Of a stretch of DNA of 64,000 nt, positions 37,357 through 49,001 are shown one piece after another. Source of the DNA: an uncultured Gammaproteobacteria bacterium (GTDB lineage Bacteria > Patescibacteriota > Patescibacteriia > UBA9934); assembly GCA_964452565.1 (NCBI GenBank), contig CAYVLY010000001.1:14638-78637 (forward strand), given 5' to 3'. The notes beneath the pieces are model-generated. The model saw only the letters and a list, made by a program, of their open reading frames with translations. It did no database searches and was not told the DNA's origin. Position 1 is the first letter of the stretch. The number at the start of each line of letters is the position of its first letter. Both the position numbers and the translations under genes were made by a program.

Positions 37357-39498
37357 ATGTCAGAAACATTAAGAAAACGACTTACATCCTATCTTGGCAT
37401 TGCGGTCATTGCTATGATGGTGTTTGGCGTTCTAGCTTCAACCTTCCAGGTGCCGACAGCGAGGGCAGTTGCAGGTGACGGAGCATCAAGTGCTATAACA
37501 TTACTTGATACAAATGCAAACGGAAAACTTGACCGAATTACATTTAGTGTTGCAAATCCAAACACAGAAACCTGGTCATTGACAGGAGCCTCACCTAATG
37601 GATTTTCAGTAACTGACGATGGTGCAGATATTACTATTACTACAGTTTCAATTACATCTGCAGCTGATGCTAACCCAGTTCTCGTGCAGGTAAATCTTGA
37701 TGAGTCAGATACGGACTTAAGTGTAGATACAGCCAATACAGGTGCAACTGGATTGGAGCTTATCTATACTCAGGGGAATTTAGGGTCAAACTGTGTGGCT
37801 CAGGCTTGTCTAACAGATGACACAGATGAAGAGCTTAATGTTATAGCAACTGGGGATAGCGGCGGAACGGATACAGAGGCAGATGGTGCCGCACCGCAGA
37901 TTGCGTCATTCTCATATGCTGATGGTGGAACAGGAGATGGAAAGGTGAGTGCAATGACTGTTACATTTACTGAGACTCTTGATACAGCATCAGTCTTGGG
38001 AGCAAATGATCTCACTTTTACTAATGTTGGAGATTTTACAGCAGCAGCTTTTGGAAGTGATGCAACAGATCTGGTAACGTCTGGTGTTTCTAGTGTTACT
38101 GTGACATTAGGTACAGGTTCAACAGCAGTGGATACTCGTGAAAATTCTGGAACAATCGCTGTTAGTTCACAAAATTTATTCTCACTAACAGATGGGACTA
38201 CTGCCAACACCACACTGGGAGCTCAGACGCAGGCAACATTCCTAGATACAATGAAACCAGTTATAACCTCAACTACACCAACAGATGCTTCCTCAGTACA
38301 GTCACGAACAAATGCACTTGTTTGGAACTTCTCAGAGGCTATGGCTACTGCCGGAGGATGGACAGAGGGTGCAGCTGCAGCTGCTGAGTTTGAGGCATCT
38401 CCAGATCCAGGAGGATGGGGAACTCCAGCATGGAGTAACAGTGACAAGACGGTTACTATCTCTCACGCACCATTCTTGTGTATTACAGATTACACAATGA
38501 CAACCGACGATACTCAAATCAATGCTGCAAACGGTGAAAGCGGATTTGTAGCGCTTAATGATGCGGCCACAACTCCAGTAGGTGTTGCATCAACCTTCAC
38601 AACAATGTCTTGTGGAACAGCATCAACATCTGCGGCTGAAGATACAGAGACAACCTACGAAATAGATGTTCTTACACCAAACGGCGGCGAAACTCTTACA
38701 GAAGGTGAAGAGTATGAGATCACATGGGAAGCAGATCCTGAAGGAGAATATTACATTGATCTTTACTATCTAGACGGCGAGGATTACGTGGAGATTGCAA
38801 CACAAGAAACAAACGATGGATCGTACACATGGGAGGTCCCAGCAGATGTTGAGGATTCATTAGTGAAAGTTGTATGGACAGACCTCGCAGATGAGCTAGA
38901 TTCAGATACATCAGATGCTGATTTTAATGATACAGACGGAGTTAGCGAAGCTGAAGAAGAGGAAGTAGCAGACGAAGAAGAGGAAGTAGCAGACGCTGAA
39001 GCAGCAGAAGCACCATCTGGAACAGGAATATCTCCTGTGACAGGTGAAGAAGAAGAGATAACAGCTGTAGAACCAGGAGATTTCATCACAAGCCCTTCAT
39101 TCTCTACTGTCTACTATGTAACAGAAGACTTTGAACGAAGAGCGTTCATAAGTTCAGCAGTATTCTTCACATATGCTGATTCATACGATGAAATCAAGGA
39201 TGTAACAGATGCAACACTTACAGCATTAACTCTTGGAGACAACATGCTTCCAAACCCAGGAGTAGTACTAGTGAAAGTACAGTCTGATGCTAAGACATAT
39301 GCTGTAGATGACAGCTATAACCTAAGATGGATTACATCTGAGGAAGTAGCAGAAGATCTATACGGAACAGACTGGGCAGATTACATCATTGATATAGAAG
39401 CAACATTCTTTGCATCATTTGGAGCAGGAGACGATGTTGATTCAACTGATGACCTTACCGTGGGTGATATGAAGACACGGGAGGAAGTCTCACAATAA
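37357..39498 (+). CDS. secreted/surface protein, paralog 1
   Basis: Signal peptide ending ARA; Ig-like domains, TPNGGE domain, acidic linker, shared C-terminal domain. Confidence 0.8.
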   Translation: MSETLRKRLTSYLGIAVIAMMVFGVLASTFQVPTARAVAGDGASSAITLLDTNANGKLDRITFSVANPNTETWSLTGASPNGFSVTDDGADITITTVSITSAADANPVLVQVNLDESDTDLSVDTANTGATGLELIYTQGNLGSNCVAQACLTDDTDEELNVIATGDSGGTDTEADGAAPQIASFSYADGGTGDGKVSAMTVTFTETLDTASVLGANDLTFTNVGDFTAAAFGSDATDLVTSGVSSVTVTLGTGSTAVDTRENSGTIAVSSQNLFSLTDGTTANTTLGAQTQATFLDTMKPVITSTTPTDASSVQSRTNALVWNFSEAMATAGGWTEGAAAAAEFEASPDPGGWGTPAWSNSDKTVTISHAPFLCITDYTMTTDDTQINAANGESGFVALNDAATTPVGVASTFTTMSCGTASTSAAEDTETTYEIDVLTPNGGETLTEGEEYEITWEADPEGEYYIDLYYLDGEDYVEIATQETNDGSYTWEVPADVEDSLVKVVWTDLADELDSDTSDADFNDTDGVSEAEEEEVADEEEEVADAEAAEAPSGTGISPVTGEEEEITAVEPGDFITSPSFSTVYYVTEDFERRAFISSAVFFTYADSYDEIKDVTDATLTALTLGDNMLPNPGVVLVKVQSDAKTYAVDDSYNLRWITSEEVAEDLYGTDWADYIIDIEATFFASFGAGDDVDSTDDLTVGDMKTREEVSQ

Positions 39499-39519
39499 AA
39501 TCTGACATAGATTAAAAGT

Positions 39520-39547
39520 AAAAACCCCCGCTCTTGCGGGGGTTTTT
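39520..39547 (+). terminator. intrinsic terminator
   Basis: aaaaacccccgc-tctt-gcgggggttttt. Confidence 0.85.
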
Positions 39548-39625
39548 GTATCCACACATTAACTCAAGCGCAAGTGAATATCTTGTTATAATGATCAATG
39601 AAGTATTACTCTGAACCACCAACTT

Positions 39626-41671
39626 ATGTTGAAAATTCTATCAGGAAGTTTTTTTGCGATCATACTGTGTATGATCTGGTTTGTATTGCCAGCAGGAAAT
39701 GCTCATGCTGCAAATGCAATTTCGGCAAAGGTATGGATAGATGCAGATGCAGATGGGACAGTCGATCACATCAAGCTTACCTGGGATGCAAACATTACCC
39801 AGTGTACTTATGAAGCAGGGGATTGGACGGTTAATAATGCCAGTCCCCTGACCATTGCGATTACTGGAATTAATACTTCCGATCCAGAAGGGAATGGCGA
39901 TGGAGCCTGTGACGGAAACGATGCAGTTATTTATGTATCTGTCACAGCAGACGCTGGTGAGACAAGCTCTGGAGCTGCTCCAGTTATTTCATATACTAAT
40001 CAGGGAACAGCTAATTCACTTCAAGACTCCGGCGTTATTACAAACAAGCCGAGTATTTCATGTCTAGACGGGGCTCCCCCGCAAATAATCACAGCTAAAT
40101 ATTCAGATCTAGACGCAGACGGAATGATTGATCAGTTTACAATTGATTTTTCAGAGGTTCTGGTTGCGGCATCTGTTTTAGCGGCAGATAATCTCACATT
40201 AACAAATGTAGGAGATTTCACTTCTGCGGCATTTGGAAGCAGTACAACTGATTTAATTACAGGCGTTGTCGGTAATGCAAATGTGACACTTGGCACTGAG
40301 GCGTCTGTCAAAGATACGTTTGAAGGTTCTAGTAATATTGCTATTACAACGGTAGATGGAAACGCAGCTTTTACATTAGAAGATACAAATGGGAACATAA
40401 ATACAACTCCAAAGCTAGAGACGCAGATTACTTTTGAGGACAATGCTAAGCCAATTATTACAAGTGTGACTCCAGATGTAGGCTCTGTTGCTCAATCAAG
40501 AACAGACGCGTTTGTATGGAATTTTTCAGAGCAAATAGATTCATCAGGGGGTTGGGTAAGTGGCGCCGAGTTTTTACCAATACAATCTATAAGTGGCTTT
40601 GGAGCCGCTGTTTGGAGTAATAGCGATACAACAGTAACTATCACACATGCACCACTATTATGTGTAACTAACTATGTTATCGATACTATACCCATGGAGA
40701 TTGATGCTGTTAATGGCAGTGTTGGGTATACACAGCTGCAACCAGGTTTTGGTATGGATTTCACAACCATGTCCTGTTCCACAGATTCAGACTCAGATTC
40801 ATCAACAGCAGTTGAGGTGACCTATGACATCGAGGTACTCACACCAAACGGGGGCGAGACTCTAACAGAAGGTGAAGAGTATGAGGTCACATGGGAAGCA
40901 GATCCTGAAGGTGAGTATTATATTGATCTTTACTACCTAGACGGCGAGGATTATGTAGAGATTGCTACACAAGAAGCAAATGATGGATCATACACATGGG
41001 AAGTGCCAGAGGGTGTCGAAGATTCGATGATTAAGGTTATATGGAATGATTTGGCCGATGAGTTAGATTCAGACACGTCAGATTCAGTATTTAATGCAAC
41101 CGAGGATGCTACTGATACAGATGATGATGCTGATACAACCGATGATGAAGACACCACTGAGGACGCAGACGAAGAGGCAGCAGAAGCACCATCTGGAACA
41201 GGAATATCTCCTGTGACAGGTGAAGAAGAAGAGATTACAGCTGTAGAAGCAGGTGACTTCATCACAAGCCCTTCATTCTCTACTGTCTACTATGTAACAG
41301 AAGACTTTGAGAGACGAGCATTCATTAGCTCAGCAGTATTCTTCACATATGCTGATTCATACGATGAGATCAAAGATGTAACAGATGCAACGCTTACAGC
41401 ATTAACACTGGGTGACAACATGCTTCCAAATCCAGGAGTAGTACTAGTTAAAGTGCAATCTGATGCTAAGACGTATGCTGTGACTAGTGATTCTCAGCTC
41501 GGGTGGATTGAGAGCGAGGACGATGCCATTGAGATTTATGGAGAGGATTGGGCGGATTATGTTATTGACATCGAATCTGTTTTCTTTGGTCAATTTACGA
41601 TCGGAGACGATGTTGATGACCCAGAAGATGTTGAGCTTATCGAAATGAAGACACGTGAGTCCTTACAATAG
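39626..41671 (+). CDS. secreted/surface protein, paralog 2
   Basis: Signal peptide ending AHA; same architecture as paralog 1. Confidence 0.8.
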   Translation: MLKILSGSFFAIILCMIWFVLPAGNAHAANAISAKVWIDADADGTVDHIKLTWDANITQCTYEAGDWTVNNASPLTIAITGINTSDPEGNGDGACDGNDAVIYVSVTADAGETSSGAAPVISYTNQGTANSLQDSGVITNKPSISCLDGAPPQIITAKYSDLDADGMIDQFTIDFSEVLVAASVLAADNLTLTNVGDFTSAAFGSSTTDLITGVVGNANVTLGTEASVKDTFEGSSNIAITTVDGNAAFTLEDTNGNINTTPKLETQITFEDNAKPIITSVTPDVGSVAQSRTDAFVWNFSEQIDSSGGWVSGAEFLPIQSISGFGAAVWSNSDTTVTITHAPLLCVTNYVIDTIPMEIDAVNGSVGYTQLQPGFGMDFTTMSCSTDSDSDSSTAVEVTYDIEVLTPNGGETLTEGEEYEVTWEADPEGEYYIDLYYLDGEDYVEIATQEANDGSYTWEVPEGVEDSMIKVIWNDLADELDSDTSDSVFNATEDATDTDDDADTTDDEDTTEDADEEAAEAPSGTGISPVTGEEEEITAVEAGDFITSPSFSTVYYVTEDFERRAFISSAVFFTYADSYDEIKDVTDATLTALTLGDNMLPNPGVVLVKVQSDAKTYAVTSDSQLGWIESEDDAIEIYGEDWADYVIDIESVFFGQFTIGDDVDDPEDVELIEMKTRESLQ

Positions 41672-41749
41672 AAAGTATAAATAATAAGCACCGAGTGTCC
41701 ACAGGGCATTAGGTGCTTATTTTGTTATAATGATTAAAGATTACGGCCT

Positions 41750-43813
41750 GTGAATTGCGCAGTTTTTGAATATTACAAATCGTTTATCGCCTCAGTCCTC
41801 ATGTTTGGGCTTGTTTTTGGTTTTGTAATCCAGATTGAGTCAAATCAGGTACATGCAGCAGGTGGAGATGGCGCAACAAGTGATATCTCTTTGTTAGATA
41901 CTGATGCAGACGGTGTACTTGACAGAATAACGTTTAGAATTGCAAATCCAAATACTGAGACATGGAGCCTAACTGGACTATCACCACATGGTCTTCAGGC
42001 CCAGTGGAGCGGATCAGACGTAACAATAAATAGCGTTTCAATAACTTCAGCAGCTGATGCGAATCCAGTTTTAATTCAAGTCGATTTAGATGAGAGTGAT
42101 GCAGATTTGTTAGCAGATACATCAAATACGAATTTGGAGCTTGGCTATGTTCAGGGTAATCTCGGATCGAATTGCACAACAGAAGCTTGTATCACTGATG
42201 ATACAGACGAGGAGATGAATGCCATAGTCTTAGGCTCTAATACTGGTCCAACAAACATCGAAAACGATGGAGCAGCGCCCGTAATAGCACAATTTCGATA
42301 TAAAGACCGTTCAGGTGATGGGATTGTTGATCGTGTTCAGCTGAGGTTCACAGAGACAATAACAGCTGCATCATCTTTAGCCAGGAATGACTTATTAATA
42401 ACAAATGTTGGTGATTTTACTGATGCTGCGTTTGGAGGAAATACTGATGATCTGGTTACTGGGTCTTTGCAAGAAGTAAACATTAACTTGGGCACGGATG
42501 CTTCAGTGGTTGATACATATGACGATACTGCAACCTTTGCAATAAGTACTCAAAATGGATTTTCAATTACAGACGGAACAAACACCAATAGCACTCTTGG
42601 TGCACAAACACAGGCATCGGTGAGGGATAGGGCAAATCCAGTTATCACAAGCACAACTCCAACCGATGATACTACAGTACAATCAAGAACAAACTCTGTT
42701 GTGTTCAACTTTTCAGAGCCGATGGTGACGACCTTTGCGGAGGGAACCCAGTTTGAATCAACCCCAGATCCAGGAAACTGGAGTGCAACAGCTAGTAATG
42801 GTGATGAGACGATCACACTTACTCACAATAACTTCCTATGCATAACCGATTATGTAATCACAACAACTGAAGCATTTGTTCTTTCTGCGAATGGTGACGC
42901 ATTATTTAAGCCATTAATTGAAACCGGACCATTTGATGGAACGCTGTCTTTTACAACAATGTCATGTGGCTCAGAGTTTATCGAGGCACCTGAGTATTCA
43001 TTAGAAGTTGATGATCTATCTTGTGATGCTCAATTGCTCGAAGGGGATGAATACGAGATAACCTGGAGCAGTTCACATGATGATCAGTACTATATTGATC
43101 TCTTTTATACTGATTCGAGCGGTGAATATGTAGAGATTGCAACAAATGAGTCAAATGATGAGAGTTACACATGGATTGTCCCTGAAGATCTAGATTCAAC
43201 AACTATCAAGGTTGTGTGGCAAGATCTGGCAGATGAGATTGACTCAGGTGAGGTGGAGCTCACATGCGGGGATCAGGTCGTCGATGACCAAGATGACCAA
43301 GAAGATGGCGATCAAAGTGGTGACGGGGAGCTTGACGATGAGGAAGAAGAGGAAGTTGAGGTTGAAGAAGGTGAATTTAGTGAAGGTGATCTACTGCGCC
43401 TAGATTTCTCCCCGATTGTTTATCATGTGACCTCGGAAGGTACTCGGCGGCCGTTTGCAGACCCGTATACCTATTTCACGCATTATGATTCATTTGAAGG
43501 CGTACAAGTGGTTAGTACTGATCAGATTAGTCAGTTAGAAATTGGAATGCCAATGATGCCAGCGCCTGGAATAGTTTTGGTTAAGACCCCATCAAATCCT
43601 CAAGTATTTGCTATTAATGAGGCTGAAGAGCTGCAATGGGTTGTTTCAGAAGAGCTTGCAATTGTGTTATTTGGAGATAATTGGGCTGACTATGTAATTG
43701 ATATAAACTCCGCAATACTATTTAGATTTACCAAGGGGCAATCAATAGTAACGATTGAAGATTGGAGGTTAGAAGGAAAAGAGATGAAGAGGCGCATAGA
43801 TTTAGCAGGATAA
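41750..43813 (+). CDS. secreted/surface protein, paralog 3 (start uncertain)
   Basis: Signal-like N-terminus ending VHA; same architecture. Confidence 0.75.
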   Translation: MNCAVFEYYKSFIASVLMFGLVFGFVIQIESNQVHAAGGDGATSDISLLDTDADGVLDRITFRIANPNTETWSLTGLSPHGLQAQWSGSDVTINSVSITSAADANPVLIQVDLDESDADLLADTSNTNLELGYVQGNLGSNCTTEACITDDTDEEMNAIVLGSNTGPTNIENDGAAPVIAQFRYKDRSGDGIVDRVQLRFTETITAASSLARNDLLITNVGDFTDAAFGGNTDDLVTGSLQEVNINLGTDASVVDTYDDTATFAISTQNGFSITDGTNTNSTLGAQTQASVRDRANPVITSTTPTDDTTVQSRTNSVVFNFSEPMVTTFAEGTQFESTPDPGNWSATASNGDETITLTHNNFLCITDYVITTTEAFVLSANGDALFKPLIETGPFDGTLSFTTMSCGSEFIEAPEYSLEVDDLSCDAQLLEGDEYEITWSSSHDDQYYIDLFYTDSSGEYVEIATNESNDESYTWIVPEDLDSTTIKVVWQDLADEIDSGEVELTCGDQVVDDQDDQEDGDQSGDGELDDEEEEEVEVEEGEFSEGDLLRLDFSPIVYHVTSEGTRRPFADPYTYFTHYDSFEGVQVVSTDQISQLEIGMPMMPAPGIVLVKTPSNPQVFAINEAEELQWVVSEELAIVLFGDNWADYVIDINSAILFRFTKGQSIVTIEDWRLEGKEMKRRIDLAG

Positions 43814-43863
43814 AAATATGCATCCGGTGTTCTGGGGACATCGGATGTTTTGTTTCGTGATAA

Positions 43864-45000
<1,137 letters not shown>

Positions 45001-45015
45001 TGATATACTTAGCTT

Positions 45016-45387
45016 ATGCAAACCTTTTTACTGGGGTTACGATATTTCTTTATTGACCTCGTCGGAGGAATTGTGCGTTGGCCAGTGTGGTGGTACACGC
45101 GCGGTCTTTTGTTTGTAGCAAAAGGCGGCGGAGGCTGGATTGGTGGTTATGCAAAATCACTAGCATTAAAGGTGTGGGTGAAGAATCTTTTTGTTCCAAT
45201 GTATGGGATGTATGACTGGCAGAGTAGATTGATCAGCTTTTTAATGCGCTTGGCACAGATTGTTTTCCGTGCGATTGGAGTTTTCCTTTTAAGTATTCTA
45301 GTTTTGGTTGCGATTGTGGTTTATGTTATTGCACCGCCGCTAACCATTGTCACACTGTTTTATCAAATAGTAGCACTTTATGGTTGA
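45016..45387 (+). CDS. small membrane protein coupled to the Clp ATPase gene
   Basis: WPVWWY..G...KNLFVPMY; overlaps the next start codon. Confidence 0.75.
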   Translation: MQTFLLGLRYFFIDLVGGIVRWPVWWYTRGLLFVAKGGGGWIGGYAKSLALKVWVKNLFVPMYGMYDWQSRLISFLMRLAQIVFRAIGVFLLSILVLVAIVVYVIAPPLTIVTLFYQIVALYG

Positions 45388-48028
45388 GGAAATGGAACAA
45401 GTTGAGAAGCCGATTGTTGATCAAAGCGGGGTCCCTGGAGTTTCAGTCCAAGGTGTGTTTTGGTATTGGAAGGAAAAACTAACAGAACCTTCGATTGCAT
45501 TGCGTAAAGTCCGCGATAAGATCGAAAAGGTAATAAATGGAGTTGTTGCAGCGTTGCTATTGGCGTCATTAGTTGTGGTTGTTTTGACAGTTGTATTTGG
45601 GGAAGCTGACGAGATTTTTGTCATTGATTATTGGACAAAGCCGAATATCACGAGCATCGTCGGACTTTTCGGGCTTTTATGTTTATATTTTTTGTTCTTT
45701 CGTTTTCAGGACAAGAAAATGCGCGTGGAGCATTTACCTCGAGATGTGAAACAGATCGGAGAGGTTCAAAGCATTCCTTCACTTGATGTTGTTGAAAAGC
45801 GCAAAGACATTGGCACCGTGCTTTCCCAAGAGTCTAGAGATGCTATTGAAGATGCTTATCACATTGCAAGAAAGGGTGGTCATGCACAAGTAACAGCAGT
45901 TCATTTGTTCCTTGGGTCGCTTTCGACTAGGTCAGTCTCATTACTGTTCGTTAGGTTGGGAATTACTTTTGATCAAATTAGAGACGCTTTGCGACGTAGA
46001 TTGTCTACTCTTGAAAAAGCTGACACAGTCTTTGGATATGAGGCGCAAGATATTATAGCCAATGCTTTGAAAAATGCAATGACTTTTCGAAAGTCGCAGA
46101 TAAGTGCTGTGGAGGTCTTTATGGCCGCTTATACCAAGGATGAGTTTTTGCAGGAGCTATTGTTTTCATTGGACATTGAACCAAAGGAACTTGAAAACGC
46201 TGTGATGTGGATACGTATCAATGAAGAGCTACGTGATAGATATGAAGAGTTCCGTAAGGCAGCAAGCTTTAAGCCAACAAAGGGAATGGACAGGGCAATG
46301 ACAGCAGTCGCAACGCCATTTTTGGATAAAGTATCCGAGGATCTCACCAGATCTGCTGTGTTTGGTGCATTGCCAATGTTGATTGGTAGAGATCGTGAGA
46401 TGGAAAATCTTTTGCGTGCGATCGAGGGTGGACGTCAAAGTATCGTACTTGTTGGTCCGTCTGGTGTTGGAAAAGACGCAATCGTTTATGGCTTGGCTCA
46501 GCGTATGGTTGAGGAGCGAGTCCCAAAGAGTCTTGAAGATAAGCGCTTGATAAAGATTTCAGTCCCGCATATTGCATCAGCACAAGGTGGTGCAGGAGCT
46601 GAAGAGCGGTTGCTCTATGCTATGAGCGAGGTAGCACGTGCAGGTAATGCTATTTTAGTTATCGAAAACATTGATCAACTTGTTGGTGCTGGAGGTATGG
46701 ATTTATCCGCAGTGCTTTCATCAGAGCTCGAAAAGGGCTATACGTTCGTGATTGCCACTACAACACCTCAAGGTTACTCTGGAGCGCTTGAGCAGTCTGC
46801 ATTAGGTCAAAAGCTTGAGAAGGTTGTTGTAGAAGAGCCTGGACGTGATGACGCGATTCAAGTGCTTGAGTCAAAGATCGGTGGAATCGAGAATAAAGAA
46901 AAGGTTGTATTCACTTATGAGGCTGTGGCTAGCATTGTTGATCTTTCAAGTCGCTACATGCATGATCAGTACTTGCCGCATAAAGCAATCATCCTAGCCC
47001 AAGAAGTTGGGCATATGGTTGGTGCGCAATCTCAGGATTGGGCACGTGTGGATAAGTCTCATGTTGCAAAGATGATTTCAGATAAGACAAATATCCCAGT
47101 TACTCAGGTTTCACAAGAAGAAAGTGAGAAACTTTTGAATCTAGAGGCTCGCATGCATGAGCGAATCATTGGTCAAGATGATGCAGTTAAGGCAGTATCG
47201 TCTGCGCTTCGACGTGCGCGAGTCGAGTTGCGATCTCAAGGTCGGCCGATCGCAAACTTTTTATTCTTAGGACCTACTGGAGTTGGAAAAACTGAGCTAG
47301 CAAAGACTACTGCTGAAGTCTACTTTGGAAGTGAGAATACGATGTTGCGTTTTGATATGTCTGAGTATCAGGACAAGGCATCTATATCGCGCTTGATAGG
47401 TGCTGCTGGTCAAGGTGGATTGTTAACTGAGGCTGTTCGAAAGGAGCCGTTCTCATTATTGCTGCTTGATGAGCTTGAAAAGGCGCATCCTGATATTCTT
47501 AATCTATTTTTGCAGGTTATGGATGATGGACGATTAACAGATGGCGCGGGTCGCACAGTAGACTTCACAAATGTCATTCTTATTTCAACCTCAAACGCTG
47601 GAACGCAATATATTCAAGACGAGGTCGCAAAAGAAACGCCAATGGAGCAGATTAAACAGCATTTGATGGAAGAGGAGTTAAAGCAAGTATATCGTCCAGA
47701 GTTTTTGAACCGTTTTGATGGCATCATGGTCTTTAAGCCGTTGTCACAGGAAGATGTGGTAGCAATCGCTTACTTGATGATCAAAAAGGTTGCACAGCGA
47801 CTTGATGCAAAGGGAATTAGGTTCGAAGCTTCCGATGAGGCTGTGCATGAGCTTGCAAAGCTTGGATATGATCCTAAGTTTGGAGCGCGACCTTTACGAC
47901 GTGTGATTCAAGAACGTGTTGATAATGCGATCGCTGAGTTCTTACTTCAAGGGAAGGTATCGCGCAGAGATACGCTTCTACTGCAAGCCGGCGGAGCAAT
48001 CGAAGTCCAAAAGGCCGAGGCTCTCTAA
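45380..48028 (+). CDS. membrane-anchored ClpA/B/C-family AAA+ ATPase
   Basis: Two N-terminal TMs, Clp-N repeats, GPSGVGK, GPTGVGKTE, DMSEY, LLDELEKAHP, GARPLRR. Confidence 0.9.
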   Translation: MVEEMEQVEKPIVDQSGVPGVSVQGVFWYWKEKLTEPSIALRKVRDKIEKVINGVVAALLLASLVVVVLTVVFGEADEIFVIDYWTKPNITSIVGLFGLLCLYFLFFRFQDKKMRVEHLPRDVKQIGEVQSIPSLDVVEKRKDIGTVLSQESRDAIEDAYHIARKGGHAQVTAVHLFLGSLSTRSVSLLFVRLGITFDQIRDALRRRLSTLEKADTVFGYEAQDIIANALKNAMTFRKSQISAVEVFMAAYTKDEFLQELLFSLDIEPKELENAVMWIRINEELRDRYEEFRKAASFKPTKGMDRAMTAVATPFLDKVSEDLTRSAVFGALPMLIGRDREMENLLRAIEGGRQSIVLVGPSGVGKDAIVYGLAQRMVEERVPKSLEDKRLIKISVPHIASAQGGAGAEERLLYAMSEVARAGNAILVIENIDQLVGAGGMDLSAVLSSELEKGYTFVIATTTPQGYSGALEQSALGQKLEKVVVEEPGRDDAIQVLESKIGGIENKEKVVFTYEAVASIVDLSSRYMHDQYLPHKAIILAQEVGHMVGAQSQDWARVDKSHVAKMISDKTNIPVTQVSQEESEKLLNLEARMHERIIGQDDAVKAVSSALRRARVELRSQGRPIANFLFLGPTGVGKTELAKTTAEVYFGSENTMLRFDMSEYQDKASISRLIGAAGQGGLLTEAVRKEPFSLLLLDELEKAHPDILNLFLQVMDDGRLTDGAGRTVDFTNVILISTSNAGTQYIQDEVAKETPMEQIKQHLMEEELKQVYRPEFLNRFDGIMVFKPLSQEDVVAIAYLMIKKVAQRLDAKGIRFEASDEAVHELAKLGYDPKFGARPLRRVIQERVDNAIAEFLLQGKVSRRDTLLLQAGGAIEVQKAEAL

Positions 48029-48126
48029 CCCGCGTTATCTCGACTGGGTTCTGTGTTCTGGGTTCTGAAAAGCATTGAACCACGCCTCAAGGGGCGTGGT
48101 TTCGCGTACGTGCTGGCTCTCCAGCA

Positions 48127-48867
48127 CTAGTCGATCAGTTCGAGGCGCTTGTGCCGATGAGCGTCTGGGTCCCACTTGAACAGGATCGCGCCGCGCGTGT
48201 TGGCTTCATCGAAGTCGCGTTGGTACATCCGAGCTCCGGCCAGTTTGGCGCGCACGAGCTCGGTCTCGAAGTTGAACCGGGCGCCGCACATGTTAGCATC
48301 CTCAAGGCTAGCATTGGTGAGGTCCGTACCACGCAAGTCCTGCGTGCCCAGATGGAGGCCGTCGAGCTTGCAGCCCTGCAGGTCCGCATCAGGCGGGAGC
48401 CTGCTGCCAGAGGCGATCCCGCGCAGGTCTGCACCAGCCAGTCTTGCTTGCGCAAAGTTCTCGTCGATGCATACGCCCTTGAGGATTGCCCATTGCATGG
48501 TTGTTTTATCGAGCGAGGCATCACGGAAGCTCGCGTTGGTCAGGTCGGCCTCCATCAGCGTGGCGCCGTCGAGCGTTGCACGATCGAAGATCGTTCCGTG
48601 GCACTTGGCGCCGGTAAGATGCGCGCCAGTCAGGTCAGATCCGAAAAGGTTCATGCCTGAGATGTCGATCCCGCTGAGGTCGATGCCGCGCAGCCGATTG
48701 GTACCGATCCCACGGCCCTTGAAGTCGATCTCACAGTCTGGGTTGAGATGCCGGAAGCGGTTGAACCAATCAGCACCATGCTTATTGACCATGCTTGCGA
48801 AGTTGGGCAGGTCCTTGCGATACCGGGCCTTTCTTTCGTCTGGGGACTTGAAGCGGTCTTTCCTCAT
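48127..48867 (-). CDS. pentapeptide repeat protein (GC-rich cassette 8)
   Basis: A(D/N)LxxA-type repeats; AAGGA SD; 3' hairpin at 48078-48101. Confidence 0.9.
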   Translation of the reverse strand: MRKDRFKSPDERKARYRKDLPNFASMVNKHGADWFNRFRHLNPDCEIDFKGRGIGTNRLRGIDLSGIDISGMNLFGSDLTGAHLTGAKCHGTIFDRATLDGATLMEADLTNASFRDASLDKTTMQWAILKGVCIDENFAQARLAGADLRGIASGSRLPPDADLQGCKLDGLHLGTQDLRGTDLTNASLEDANMCGARFNFETELVRAKLAGARMYQRDFDEANTRGAILFKWDPDAHRHKRLELID

Positions 48868-48941
48868 GTGCGTTCCTTGTCTTGTCTTTGGGTTTTTCTT
48901 GGCTGAGGATAGCGCTCTCTCGTAAAACGATACGAGTTTTT

Positions 48942-48970
48942 AAGCTATCACAAAGAAGGGCTTTTGTCAA
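48942..48970 (-). promoter_or_regulatory. sigma70 promoter of cassette 8
   Basis: TTGACA-17 bp-TAGCTT with extended TG. Confidence 0.7.
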
Positions 48971-49001
48971 TCCCGCTCTGGTACGTTAAACTATATGCAT
49001 T

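Noticed and set aside
48135-48925. Long alternative-frame and antisense ORFs over the pentapeptide gene (likewise 31493-32020, 8328-8669, 30456-30893)
   Set aside because: Expected shadows of GC-rich, stop-poor sequence; SD, promoter and motifs support the called frames.
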